Shown here: positions 35,400-49,024 of the stretch, piece after piece
How positions within the stretch are numbered: position 1 is the stretch's first letter
Layout: each line of letters begins with the position of its first letter
NCBI RefSeq assembly: GCF_001194135.2
Contig: NC_068984.1
Span: 29,734,800 to 29,798,799 of the forward strand
Length of the DNA: 64,000 nucleotides
Source of the DNA: Octopus bimaculoides
Taxonomy: Eukaryota
Direction of reading: 5' to 3'
Notes under the pieces: generated by a model
What the model was told of the DNA's origin: nothing
The model's input: only the letters and a program-made list of their open reading frames with translations
Databases searched by the model: none
Translations under genes and position numbers: made by a program

Positions 35400-36660
35400 A
35401 TCTATGTTTTACATATTTAACACTTGGAAATTTGGACATAACTGTTTTCCATAGATTTCATCCCCGGAACTCAGAAACGTATGTTGTAATGCTCTATATC
35501 CACTGTATGTCTTTCTTCGTTCGCACTTGTGAGAATTATTTTAGATGTTCTGCTGTTTTATCAATCTTGTTGCATTTTCTAACTTAATTTCGTTTTTTTT
35601 TGCTTTGACTTAAGTTTTCTATATAATTTGCGAACTATGTTATCCTTTTAATTTGCATTTATACGAGATTTTTTCTTTTAACGTTTTGATGCGCAATTTT
35701 TTTGAGAACTGATACGTCTATATATGTCATTTGGTGGTATTCATTTTATTGCTGATGTTTTCTTTTACTTGTGTTTTAGTTGTTTCGTTTTAGGAACATT
35801 AGTTGCAAAAAGTCGATTATTTTTTTAATCGTTACTCTTTTTTATGTTTGAAACATTCACCAGCAATCAGTTTTTTTCAGTCTGTATGATATGTACAATT
35901 TTCATTATGTTTAGTTGTGCAAAATAACTAAGCTCTTCCGAAAACATGACTGAAAACGTAACTCAATACATTCATTCTATTTTCTTTTGTTTTTGTCTTT
36001 AGGCCTCCTGATAATTTCTATCAGAATTAGGGTTCATAGATTATTAATTTGTTCTAAATTTTCAATTTCTTCTGTGATTGATCATTGACGTTGCCAATAC
36101 TCTAGTGTTTTGCTTTGAACGAGCTTATTTTTCAACAGCTCCAGTAGTACTACCAAATTTTGTTATATAAATTGTTTTTCTTTTATAGAAATGCTTTGCT
36201 GAACACCCGGAGTAGAAAAAGGTCCTGCCTTATAGTCATTAGTTTATTTGAACTGAAACACTTTCTTCCATTTACTTTTGTTTGAGCTGTATCTCTTATG
36301 TGGATGTTTGTCATTCCTACTACCTGGTTTTTTCCAGTTCTCTTGCGATCTCTTATATCTCCAATTCTGCCATCCACTTTCTTCTCTTAATAACATTAGT
36401 TTGATCAACAACTAATCTCTGTTCAGTCACTTAAAACATACCTTTGTTTACCCAAATTTGTTCTTTATAGCCCCTTCTTTTAGGTTCACTTTCTAAGTTG
36501 TACTGCATCACTCTCCTGTTTTCTGCGCTGGACCACTTCCTCCTCATTACTCTATTATCTGCTGATGCTGTATTAGGATAACAGCTGTGGTCAGTTTGCA
36601 TCTTTACTGAACCACTGCCAATCGAGAGGCCTTTTCTTAAAGTCCAACTTCACTTTCGCT
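35400..36660 (-). mobile_element. R4/Dong-clade LINE N-terminal (Myb-like) region, degenerate
   Basis: Minus 36560-36340: MRRKWSSAENRRVMQYNLESEPKRRGYKEQIWVNKGMF*VTEQRLVVDQTNVIKRRKWMAELEI*EIARE, resembling the R4/Dong N-terminal RKW...GY...W...TEQRL.DQ...I...KW...LE motif. The downstream extent is uncertain. Confidence 0.65.
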
Positions 36661-37569
36661 GTTACAGCCAGAATTTCTTCGAAAAATCCAGTCACACATA
36701 AACTGAGGTAAGTTAACTTTCGACATCTTACGTCATCACCACTATTATTTTGCAACATCTAATAGTTTCAAGCAACGTTTTTGCTTTATTTGTCACACCT
36801 TTATACTAGTGAGTTGATTGAGCTGCATTCTTTTTGACGGGGGAGTATTGTATGTTTTGTTATGGGCTTTGGTTTGGGTCTTCTGTTGTAATAGTTTTTG
36901 TATTGTGTGTTATTTGTGCAGCACAGGTTGTGTTCTTCTGTCAGTTTCAGCCTTCTATGGCACATGTTGTGGGTTTTGTTCATTTTGTAAGGTATTTACG
37001 GTATGAGTTTATTCGTCTATCTTTTGGAGGAGTGTTGCCCGGCTGTGTGTAGACATCACAAATCAACTATTTCATAGTATTTATGGTTATCTGTCCATAT
37101 TTTTCTCCCTTTGGTTGATTTTGTTGGGTTCGTTTTCACAACATCTACTGTTTTTAACTGAACACCGTCAATGGACAATTATTCATGTTTCTTTCATAGT
37201 TATAATTATTATTGACGTCTCAGCGAGAAACCGAGAAGAAAGTACATATATATAGAAGTCTTGCATAAATATGGATGTATATGCAATTAAAATTTTAAAT
37301 TGTACTCACAGGTTTGCAGTTTTCGTATAGAAATGTTGCATTGCTTACATTTTTAGGCACATGTTGTAGCGGTGCATATGCGGGAAGCCATTTTTTGTAT
37401 ATATATATATATTCCAAATAAGAAAATTCTTTCACTTTCCTGAGATAGCTTACATAAGACATAGTTTTCTTTCATTGTTTTTGCGGATTCGTAATTCATG
37501 CTTTTTGATGGCTTCAGATTTTATCTATCTACCTGGAAACTCGCTGTCACACGCTTGGTATTCGCTGTG

Positions 37570-37682
<113 letters not shown>

Positions 37683-37689
37683 ACTATAT

Positions 37690-38452
<763 letters not shown>

Positions 38453-41095
38453 CGTCATCGTCCTAAGATGGTTTTCTTCTTATGTAGGCAATCCATTTCT
38501 CCCCTAATATCTTTATTAACTACATTTTAAAATACGACTAAGTTTAGTTGGCAATGAATTAGCGTCTTTCAAAATTCATGGAAAAATGAAACGACAAGCT
38601 GAATTACTAAAGATCGCCATTTTCATTTAATGCAGGACAAATCTAAACAAATAAGTAGTTTCGATTAATGAATAATGTATCAATGTATTTCATAATATCG
38701 TAAACATCTCCTGCTCAGACATAGGTAGCAGCAGCAGCTATAGCAGTAAATTTAACAGTGTTTATACTAGTTATATTAGTCGTGTTAGTAGCAGAAACTA
38801 CAATCTCAGTATCAGCAGAGGAGCCAAGCAATATAAAAAAATCTTTCCGTGAGGTAGGATTTTAACTTCAATTGCCAAAGAATCACATTGGAAATAGCTA
38901 GTAATTTCCGTAGTCATGATCTTAGCGCTAAAATATTTTTTAGAAATGAGAGTATATTGGAATTCACATATATCCGTTTACAAAAGCACAAATTTAAATG
39001 CTAAATTCGAGAAAAAAAATATGAATGGAATCTAGTTAACCATATTCGCCATGTCTCAAAAAGATCTGTATAGTGCAAGACTTATAGAAATAATGTTTGA
39101 ATGATTTGTCTGTCACAGCCGCTACAGTGTGGTAGTAGTTAATAGCAAATATATTTCTGGTTACAATACATGCTTGGAATTGCAGTAATCTTAATTGTTT
39201 TGATGCTTTACGAATTTACATGAAATACTTATTTCATATTTCCCTTCATAATTATAGAACTAATACTAAAATGATTCATTTGTAATCCTCTCCTCTAATC
39301 ACGATCTGCGCAGTCAAAAACGTTCGATAATACACCTACGCGTAGAAATTATTAGCAATTACAAACACGTACGTGTATGAATGCAAGTTTGAATGCGTTC
39401 TTATATAAATGGAGACCAAGTCTCTAGACTTCTTTATAACAGGCGTTTATTAAGAATGAATTTCAGTTCCGTTTATAATTTTTTTTTATATATATTACAC
39501 ACATCAAACAACTAATGTAACCTATACAATAACTGCTGTAACTTACTCAAATATTGCGCACCTTAAACTCTAAAATTATACAAGAATTCTAGTATAGCTT
39601 CGTTACAAGTGTTTAAACAGTTTTTCAAATCGGTTGTAGTTGCTCTTCTAAATAACACAGCTGTTATAAATAAGCACACACAACACCGACGTTATACAAT
39701 GAAAAAAAAAATAAATAAATAAAAGAAAAGAAAAGAAAACCTAAATACTGATTTAGCTACTTGTCTTGCATTTATATAATACGTTGAAGAAAATGTGAAT
39801 GGTATCAATTTATATAAATGGCATACAAAAAGATTGGATTATATAATATATAACGTACAACAACATTTGATATCAAGCGAAAGATAAAATCATATATCAT
39901 CTATTGTAATCACTACCTATACAAGGGCTTATGAAATGCAGAAGTAGAAATATTTGAGTTATAATAAACAGAGACAAGAATAAAGCGGGAGTATCAATAT
40001 TCATCACATTCTGTGAAAACAGTATAGCCAACTATACATGTGTGCATTTGTGTTATATATCTAAGTGTGTGTAGATGTATCCACACCAAATTCTGTCATT
40101 GTAGTGGGAACGAAACGGAGGGACTCTACAAGGTACGATGTATTTTTAAATGCATGCGTATTTCAGTTTGTTTATGCAAGGGCGTGGAAGATTCATCACA
40201 TATAAATAGATGATAATGAGATTTTAAATTACATAGCGCAAGCCGTTACGGAACCTGAACTTATATTTTCCACAATGGAGTTGATAACCATGACGATATT
40301 ACTTGAAAGTAATAGCAATACCGTTGAGGATGATGTCGATTGACAATACGTTTGATGGTGAGAATGACAGTTGTGATAAAATTGTTCACATGTATGATGA
40401 GGCCGATAATAATTAACTGCCTGCTTTCATTATGCGGCTGTTTCTTATGAACATAATGACAATAGGCATTATAGCGCTGTTGATCATAATAATTAGGATA
40501 TGAAAATTAAGTACAACATCAGTGAACTATGTTGCTGTTTTCCTAGTTTGTATTGTTAGCATTTATAGTAGTGAAGATAGGGTGCATTGTAAAGCATTTG
40601 ATTAAAAGCACCATAAATAATGTCGGTCTTTTAAGTTGCAGAGAATTGGTGAAAGATGTTATTCAGTGTAGGACAAAAAAAAAGCCCCAATATATTTGCA
40701 ATTCGCTGCTGCATTTTCATAGACAGTATGAATATATAAATGTGTGTGTGAGTGTTTGTGTGCTTATATTAATTCAAAGAGAGGGAGAGAGAAATGTATG
40801 ATGCACACAGTACATGTATATATTGTTTATTCCATGCTAAACGTTCATTCAATTCCTCTGTCTTGAAGAGGTGGCGTGATGGTTTTCAAATATATTTTTA
40901 TGGAATTACTTCATGTTTTCTCCCGCCGATATCATGTACCGTATCGTTGCTTGTAATATGAAGTATATCCATCAACATATATAGTTACGCCCAAAACTAC
41001 GAAACAAACAGACACAATTAATAGCAGCAGAATGGGCATTAAGCTCATAGCTAGTATGAATCAGTAAAGAAATCCGTAATATTTGATATGCGATA

Positions 41096-41300
41096 AGGCA
41101 GCAAGCTGGCAGAACCATTAGCAGACCGGGGAAAAATGCTTTGCGACATTCCGTCTGTCTTAGTTCAAATTTTGCCGAGGTCGACTTTGTTTTTCATCTT
41201 TTCGGGATCGATAAAATAAGTACCATTTGAACACTGGGGCCGATGTAATTGACTTATCGCTTTTCCGAAATTGCTGGCCTTGTACCAAAATCTGAAATCT
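41096..41300 (+). mobile_element. SINE A, diverged
   Basis: aagctggcagaaccattagc...gccgaggtcgactttgtttttcatcttttcgggatcgataaaataagtacc. Confidence 0.85.
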
Positions 41301-42589
41301 ATATTTGACATGGGATATATACATAAAGAGAGATTTCCTTACTATATAGATGCTACTTCTGTGTGATAGCAGTTACTGCTATTTTAATCTAGCAGAAACA
41401 ATTCCTGGAATATCTATAAATTTACATAATACTAGTTGGGAATCTTTACGCGGTCGATCGACTGGTTAGAATTTGCAGTCAAATCCCAATTAAATTACAA
41501 TTTATCATCTTACAAAACGAAGTGATGAGTTGGATGATGTGCGTCGTATAAAATTCTAGACGGACAGACGGTTTGGACATAAATAAATCGGTATATAGTT
41601 ACGGGTCCTGCTGTAATATCAGCGTCCCACCTGGGAATAAGAACCTAAAATAATAAGAACCATATTTTATTGGGTGATATTGGAATGATAAAACTTTTGT
41701 CATTAAACGGAACAGCGAGACAAGAACTAAATAGCGTAAATTGCACAAGGAAATTTTTTTCACTAATATTACCTCTATTACATCTCGTAACACAGTAACA
41801 ATCATCATCATCAGCGCCATTGATAATCGCCTTAAGCACTCTTGCCACTTCAGTCACTAAACTGCCAGTCAGCCCTGCTGCGTCAGCAACAGTTACTGTT
41901 GACCAGAATGATTAAGTGAAACTAATGTATGGTTAACATGCTAGTGTCTCCTTGGAAAGATGATGGTGTAGCAGTTAACAAATTGCTGCAATTTATTTTG
42001 TTTATAATTTTTGTCGCTGTAATGACATTTTGCACATTGCAGACATAAACACGATATCCAAAGATCCTTCAGTTTATGTGAGTTGTTTCTCATCCAAACA
42101 ACAGCAGATAACTAAAAATAGAGAAAGGAAATAAATGTAAAATGTTAAAGAAAGGATGCTATAACCCAAGGTGATCTATTATTTCGTTTGCCTAAAACGA
42201 TGTTCTATAGTCAGATAATGGACATCACGATAGGAATACCGGTTGCGGACATATTGTTAGAGCGATCTTCTTCGCCAATAAACTTAATGCAGGTGAAAAC
42301 GAGATACAGGTGTGTGACTTTCTATCAATGTAAAGACGCTTAGCTTTCATGTCTTTCTTGCATGTAAATCTCTAATCAGAATGAAGAAAGGAAAAGCATC
42401 GGTTAAGCTATTAAGCTTACAGTTTTCGTGACATATGTATTGTGCTCATCGACGCATTTTTCAATTGAACAAGTATCGGCTTGCGTCTCAACACAGGAAG
42501 CTTCACTGTCTTCCGTCTTTCTTTTTATGTCTTTATTAGATTTATTAGAAAGACAGGTGAATCCTAGTGAAACACTAAACCATACAGTT

Positions 42590-42740
42590 TCCTATTATAG
42601 GAATTATTTCTGTTTTTAGGCTTCACATTCGAGTTACCTCTATTCCCAGAACTTTCTATTTTGAAAGTTTCTCCGCTCCCTTTAGAGAAACGTTGTCATC
42701 TGTTGGTACTGATACATCGATTATAAAACATTTTTTTCTT
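42590..42740 (-). mobile_element. R4/Dong family X internal endonuclease fragment
   Basis: KKCFIIDVSVPTDDNVSLKGAEKLSK*KVLGIEVTRM*SLKTEIIPII; the DNA closely matches 63905-64000. Confidence 0.8.
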
Positions 42741-42918
42741 GGTAATCTCTGATAACTATATCCGGCTTATTAACCTTCATTTCTCTATCTGTGACCTTCA
42801 TTGTTCTATCCCAGAGAAAGGTTGCTTTCTCCTTTTCTGTGACTATTATCATAATAATCACCGTCATCATCATCGCCACCGTCGTCGTCGTCGTCGTCGT
42901 CGTCGTTGTTGTTGTTAT

Positions 42919-43099
42919 GGCGGGTAGGTAGATTCGTTGGCAAGCCGGGCAAAATGCTCAGTGGTACTTCATCTGTTCTGAGTTCAGGTGGCGGCTGAGG
43001 TCGATATTGCATTTCATCCTTTTGGGGTCGATGAAATAATTTCCAGTAAAGTACTAGACCCTCCCCCTAAATTTTGCATCTTGTACCTGTAACAGAAAG
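42919..43099 (+). mobile_element. SINE A, diverged and deleted
   Basis: gccgggcaaaatgctcagtggtacttc...gaggtcgatattgcatttcatcctttggggtcgatgaaataa. Confidence 0.75.
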
Positions 43100-43112
43100 A
43101 TTGTTACTAACA

Positions 43113-43167
43113 CCATCATCATCATCATCATCATCATCGTCGTCGTCGTCATCATTGTCGTCGTTAC

Positions 43168-43220
<53 letters not shown>
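43113..43220. repeat. compound (ATC)n-(GTC)n-(ATT)n microsatellite, followed by a GA-rich tract to ~43430
   Basis: Direct inspection. Confidence 0.9.
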
Positions 43221-43914
43221 GTAATAATGCTTGTTATTCCGTTACTTAGCCCATCGGTAACGCTTTCACGTGACTAAAGAAAAAGAGAGAGAAAGAAAAG
43301 AGGGAGAGAGAGAGTGAGAGAGGAGAGAGAGTGAGAGGGGAGAGAGAGTGATAGGGGATAGAGGGTGAGAGGAGAGAGAGAGTGAGAGAGAGGAGGGAGA
43401 GATAAGGGAGAGAGGGGGAGAGTGAGAGTGAGATGATGATGGTAGTAATGGCGGGGGTAGTGGTGGTGATGATTGGATAAAGAAAAGTGTATTTTTTGAA
43501 GTTGAACTAAGTTTTTTTATATCACCTATCAGTTAACGATTGCATATAAGTGACAGATATATACAATTTAACTAAAGGTCGTATCATATGGACGGGATAT
43601 TTTTTTCTTTCTGGGGTAAATGGAAAAACAAGGGTGAATATTTATCTTATGAGTACTGTGAAGTCTATAAAATTTGCATAAATTATATAATTATATATAT
43701 ATATATAATTATAAATTATATATATATAATACATTAAGTAATCATCGTATTCTAACTTTTTTCACTTTTCAATGAGTAGCAAATTGGGGACTATCTTTCC
43801 ATATAGACACAACACAGGCTACGCATTCAGGTTCTTTGGATAAAGTTTTCAGAAATAACCAAATAGATATTACCATTAATTCCGCGTGAAATATTCTCGG
43901 GTCTCGCTAGTTTT

Positions 43915-44245
43915 TATTGTTATTATTATTATTATTTTATGTTTGACTTTTGTTTTGCATTTGTACAAGTTGGATCCAAGTCTCACCCAGAGACCTCAAG
44001 AGACAACAAGTTAGAAGTTCATGTAGGTGTTATGCCTAGGGTACCATATATTTGGATTTGTACAGTTTTGTTCAAGTGAATGTTTAAGAAACCATAAGAA
44101 AATTATGTTTGCTTTAAAATTTGAGATCACATAGACAGTATTTTACGTAGGATATGGGCAGTTCCCATGAGCACTATCTTTTGGACTTCAGCCATTTTGG
44201 GGTTTCCTGGTATCTGAGCTAGGTAGTAATCAGCCCGTTTCGCTG

Positions 44246-44250
<5 letters not shown>
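43915..44250 (-). mobile_element. R4/Dong family Y short 3' end with (AAT)n tail
   Basis: MTAKRADYYLAQIPGNPKMAEVQKIVLMGTAHILRKILSM*, plus a 3' UTR similar to 37690-37866. Confidence 0.88.
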
Positions 44251-44306
<56 letters not shown>

Positions 44307-44313
44307 CATTGTT

Positions 44314-44871
44314 GAGTGAGAGAGCAGCGCATGCCGTCAAAGTGGCACTGGGGTAAAATATACAAAGCCCAATATATACATCATGACAACCCGTCTGATA
44401 AGAGTACACCAGGCACATGCATTACAACCATATGTGCGCGATATTGTGATCTCATTTCAAGATAAACAGCACATGACCTCACAGGTGGGGCCCTCTTAAA
44501 ATTTTCTCCAGGTCCAGTAACCCACCCTACTCAAAAGGTCCGTGAATAATGTTCTTTAAGGATGATAAACAAAACGCCTAAGTTTCCAGATTTGAATTAT
44601 TCAAGCCTCAAAGAAATCCTCGAAACACCTGATTATGATGCTCCTCCATTACTTCTGCTTGTGACCAGAGATGCACATATTATCAGCCACTAAGGGACAT
44701 GCTCAACCGGTCAAGGTGAAACAGCTGATAAACAAATCTGTGGTAGTGAGCAAAAATATTTGCTGTAGCCCATATCTTATATTAAGACAAACCAATGTAC
44801 ATGATACCACTTCCAATCAGCAAAGATCAAAAGCCATGAGCGCTACTGCCTGGTACTGCATCAGGGCATTT
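44314..44871 (-). mobile_element. ~560-bp non-coding retroposon-like element flanked by (ATT)n on both sides
   Basis: More GC-balanced block with sharp borders; the minus strand ends ...gctgctctctcactc followed by (AAT)n. No transposon protein motif and no tRNA boxes seen. Strand inferred from the tail. Confidence 0.55.
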
Positions 44872-44899
44872 ATTATTATCATTATTGTCATTTATTCGT

Positions 44900-45355
44900 A
44901 GCACAGTGTAGATAAAAATCCACCGGAGTCTTTAGTCATCTGTCAAGTCACAACAAAGACCTCAAACAGATACTACTTTCCTTCAGATGTGCGCTGTGCC
45001 CAATAAGGCTGCGTTTTACAAGACATCAGTCTTACATGGGATTTCCAGTTAACTTAAGAAGTTTTGAAGTTTCAATGAGATTGAGCTCAACGCTCCGATC
45101 ACCACTGGTATCACTTTTGCATTCTCCGCTCGCATTCCATACAGTCTTGTCATTTCCACTTTCAATTCGGAATACTTGGTGATCTTTTCAACGTCTTACA
45201 GCATTCATGTCATTTGGTATGGCTACATCAATCATCTGACAGTATTTGTCTCTTTTATTCAATATGACAATATCCGGCCGACGGTGTTCGATTCCTCGAT
45301 CCGTCTGAAAATGATAGTCCCATAGTATTGTTACTTTACCATGCTCTTGCATAAC
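44900..45355 (-). mobile_element. R4/Dong-clade LINE 3' fragment (family Z)
   Basis: EHGKVTILWDYHFQTDRGIEHRRPDIVILNKRDKYCQMIDVAIPNDMN/...EKITKYSELKVEM...VIPVVIGAL...AALLGTAHI*RKVV. Confidence 0.88.
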
Positions 45356-45554
45356 TGTGTAGGCCATTAAAATAAACACACCTGATTGTTCATTCACAAA
45401 CTCATGTGACAGAAAACTAGGAAAGAAGGAAAACAGAAAAAGAAAGAGAAAACAAAGAATATAAGGGCGTATAATGATAATAGCAATAATAATAATAATA
45501 ATAATAATAATGATTTCGTTAATTTGCCACAAGGGCGAAGCATGAGTGGTGCAG

Positions 45555-45556
<2 letters not shown>

Positions 45557-45617
<61 letters not shown>
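45557..45617. repeat. (GA)n microsatellite
   Basis: Direct inspection. Confidence 0.95.
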
Positions 45618-45621
<4 letters not shown>

Positions 45622-45667
45622 AATGTTGGGTGTTTAAATATAATGAAATAAAAAGATGAAGTATAAG

Positions 45668-45797
45668 CGCGGGAGTGGTTGTGCGGTAAGTAGCTTGCTT
45701 ACCAACCACATGGTTCTGGGTTCAGTCCCACTGCGTGGCACTGCTTAGCGACATTTCGTTGATTTTATGTTCTGAGTTCAAATTCCACCGAGATCGA
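45668..45797 (+). mobile_element. chimeric SINE: family B head (45668-45741) fused to a family A fragment
   Basis: ggagtggttgtgcggtaagtagcttgc...gggttcagtcccactgcgtggcac joined to tgcttagcgacatttcg...gagttcaaattccaccgagatcgac. Confidence 0.75.
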
Positions 45798-46452
45798 CGA
45801 TTATTGCAACACACCTAGATTGTAGGGTACCTGTAAAGTTTCCAGATGTTTCCTCAGGTTGGGTAGTATTGAATTCAGTGCTCCGACGACAACAAGGAAA
45901 CCATTTATATTTGACAATCCTAGTTGCCACATCTTGACGATCTCAATTCTCAAGTTTCCATATTTATCGGTCTTTTCTTTTCCTTTCATGATAATATGTT
46001 CATCTACTGGCACTGCTACGTCAATTATTAGGCACTATTATTTGTCCCATCTAAAGATTATTCTAACACCTTGTCTGTATGGAAGTCAAACTTCCAGAGG
46101 ATTTTTGCCTTCCACTTTTTCGTCCATTACCTTTTCTGGTGTATGTTGGTACCAAGCACCGGTTATCTCCTATCCATACTTCCGGCGTAGTAGCTAGTGA
46201 AGGTTCTGCACTACCTTGTCATGTCTGCGATTATACTCTTTCTGCGCAAGACTTTCACAAGCACTAACAATGTGAGTCATTACTTTCGGCCTTCTTCCCA
46301 CACATTCTGCAGAGGTTCGTTGCTCTTGTGCGGTATATACCTCTTTTCCTTGAGTTGGTATTTAATGCCTGATCCTGGGCAGTGATGATTAAACTTCACT
46401 CTTCTATTTTAGGTCACCCTTGTTGAGCCACCTCCCGGATGCTTCTTCGTCT
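45798..46452 (-). mobile_element. R4/Dong-clade LINE fragment (family W), knuckle + REL endonuclease
   Basis: GRWLNKGDLK...IITAQDQALNTN...CRLCGKKAES...RRHDK...WYQHTPEKV...CLIIDVAVPVDEHIIMKGKEKTDKYGNLRIEIVKMW...VVVGALNSI; (ATT)n at 46460-46572 on its 5' side. Confidence 0.85.
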
Positions 46453-46459
46453 TTTAAGT

Positions 46460-46464
46460 TATTA

Positions 46465-46525
<61 letters not shown>

Positions 46526-46572
46526 GATTATTATTATTATTATGATTATTATTATTATTATCATCATTATTG
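46460..46572. repeat. (ATT)n microsatellite, imperfect
   Basis: Direct inspection. Confidence 0.95.
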
Positions 46573-47149
46573 CTATATCTGTATTATTAGTTGTATTTGT
46601 CTCGAATAGATGTGTTTTTAATCGATCTTGCTTTTGACTTTGCTTTTGACTTGCTTTTGCGTGTATATGCGTGCACGCATATTCGCGCACGCACACATAT
46701 ATACAAACACACGTGGATGCACGCACACATACACACACATGAGCACATAAATGCATAAATGATTGTATAAAAGAAAATGTATAAATCAACATAATTTATT
46801 GCGGTTTACCTCAAAAGTATCGTGCTAAGAAGCAATATAGTCTGTTTTGATACATGGAAGTGAAAATAAAGCAAATATCTCTTAAAGTAAAATTGGCTAT
46901 TATAGAGCACCATCAGATAAACACTGCGTATGTGTATAAACTACAATTTGTTTATGAGAACAAAGAGATAAAGTTGCTATAATGGAATTATAAAGTCAAA
47001 TACAACACTTTACATAAAAAATACACTATCAGTTAAAAGAAATTGTATAAAAATGAATGATTTTCAATAAAAGCCAAAAATAAATAATTGCATAGAAGCA
47101 AAAAGTGGTTTAAAATAAAGTTGTATATGGTTAGAAAGTAAATGGAGTC

Positions 47150-47400
47150 TACGACTGCAGCACGGACCGCAGTACATGAAGGAATGGGAGTTGTATTTAA
47201 TGAATTTAAATCTTATTCAAATTGATGGCCATACTCACTGAGATACACTGTTGCTGGTTTTTTTAAGTTTGATAAAAGCAACAAAAAAAGCAAGACATCA
47301 TAAGGGAATTCATTGAAAGATCTGGAATACATCTTATAGTCTTCGGTAGGTAGCAAGTTCCATTGAATGGATATAACTATATGGCTAAAAGAAACGAAAG
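47150..47400 (+). mobile_element. possible Penelope-like RT remnant
   Basis: Pieces such as IREFIE...QVP/MDITIWL recall EFI...VPFLDITI of PLE RT motifs 6-7. Multiple frameshifts are needed. Confidence 0.2.
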
Positions 47401-47985
47401 TTTAAAAGTGTTAAAATAATTGCATAGATCGTGGAACTCTTTTAAATCAAAGGTTTAGATATATTGCTTACTACTTCATAGATTATTACAGATTAGGGCT
47501 TATATATCGTTTAGAGAACATCGTTTGTTAGTATATGTGGTACTAAATTCTATACAGACATTATCTTTCAAAAATATAATAATATAACAATAGAATATAG
47601 GTGTATGCTTTTCCTAAATAAAATTCAGAAGAATCAATGATTTTGTGTTAAACTACTTCTCAGAGTCTATTAAGTATTGGTAGGTTTGAAGACAGAATTT
47701 CATTGATGAAGATTTTAAACATTCCTAGAGGAGGTTTTCGTCTATCGACTGCATGCATACTTTCAGTGAATCAGAGTTTGCACACTTCTACTTAAGGGGT
47801 ATTTCCAACGTAGATGATAATCTAATATGCGTATGTATATGTGTACGTATCTGTATATGCACATACATATGCTTATGTATGAATGAATATTCATACATAT
47901 ACATACACATACTCTCATTTATATGTTTGTGTATGTGTGTATATCTATCTATCTATCACTGTACATACACACAAACACACACACA

Positions 47986-48026
<41 letters not shown>

Positions 48027-48368
48027 AAAAAGGCAAATGGGATTAAAAATCAAGGTTAATATTTTATATAGAGTGAATACTGACTCTGTAGTGATTAAAC
48101 CGAGTTAACTAAATTGTCCAAAAAAAGTCATGGTAATCCATGTCGGCCGTAAAATTGCTCTCCGTTTTCAGTCCAGTTTGCAAATCCGAAGTTCAAACAC
48201 TGAATAAATTTAGTATAAGGCCACAGAGTATGGGTGAAACACATAAAGAATGGGGAACTATGCATTCTTTAATTCGATTACGCGTGTTTCAGGCTTGTTG
48301 GCATTTAAACATTTTTGGAAGCAGTTATCTTGCATAGTAATGGATCCCATATATGGCTGACTAAGGTT

Positions 48369-48467
<99 letters not shown>

Positions 48468-48548
48468 AAGAAAGAGAAATAAAGAGGGAGCGGGATGAGA
48501 GAGAGAGAGGGAGGGAGAGAGAGAGGGAGAGAGAGAAAGAGAGAGAGA
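48369..48548. repeat. (GA)n microsatellite and GA-rich extension
   Basis: Direct inspection. Confidence 0.95.
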
Positions 48549-48893
48549 GTTAACACCGTGTTGTCCTTCTCAAAGCTCTATGACATTGCTTAGAATAGAA
48601 AATATTTTCTGGAAGCGAGATAATAATTCTAATAATATTTTACCAATATGACGCGTAAGGAATGTATTTCATTCTAGAAATGGATATAAAGGTTAGTTCC
48701 CTAAGCCCCACCCGTCAACTTGAAGAATATTTATGGCAACAATTCCTGCACCATTTGAACTATTAATGACCAATTGAAATGGCGAAGAGGTATGCAGAAA
48801 TAAGCTATTCAGTAGGTAATTATGTCGGCCACGATGGAATATTTACTATGGAAGGTATTTTATGTCGAAAGAAACATTTTCCTTAAAAGAGTA

Positions 48894-49024
48894 ACAAGGC
48901 CAGCAAATTTGGAGCAGAACATAAGTCGATTACATCGAGCCCAGTGCTCAACTGGTACTTATTTATTTTATTGGTCCCAGAAGTACGAAGTACAAAGTTG
49001 ATCCCGGTGGCATTTGAACCTAGA
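48894..49024 (-). mobile_element. SINE A 3' portion, diverged
   Basis: agtcgattacatcgagcccagtgctcaactggtacttattt...gtggcatttgaac. Confidence 0.7.

Noticed and set aside
36780-37150. Possible degenerate Penelope RT C-terminal remnant (DVYTQPGNT...HNMCHRR)
   Set aside because: Only faint resemblance to the 17.5-17.9 kb element; cannot be supported by eye.
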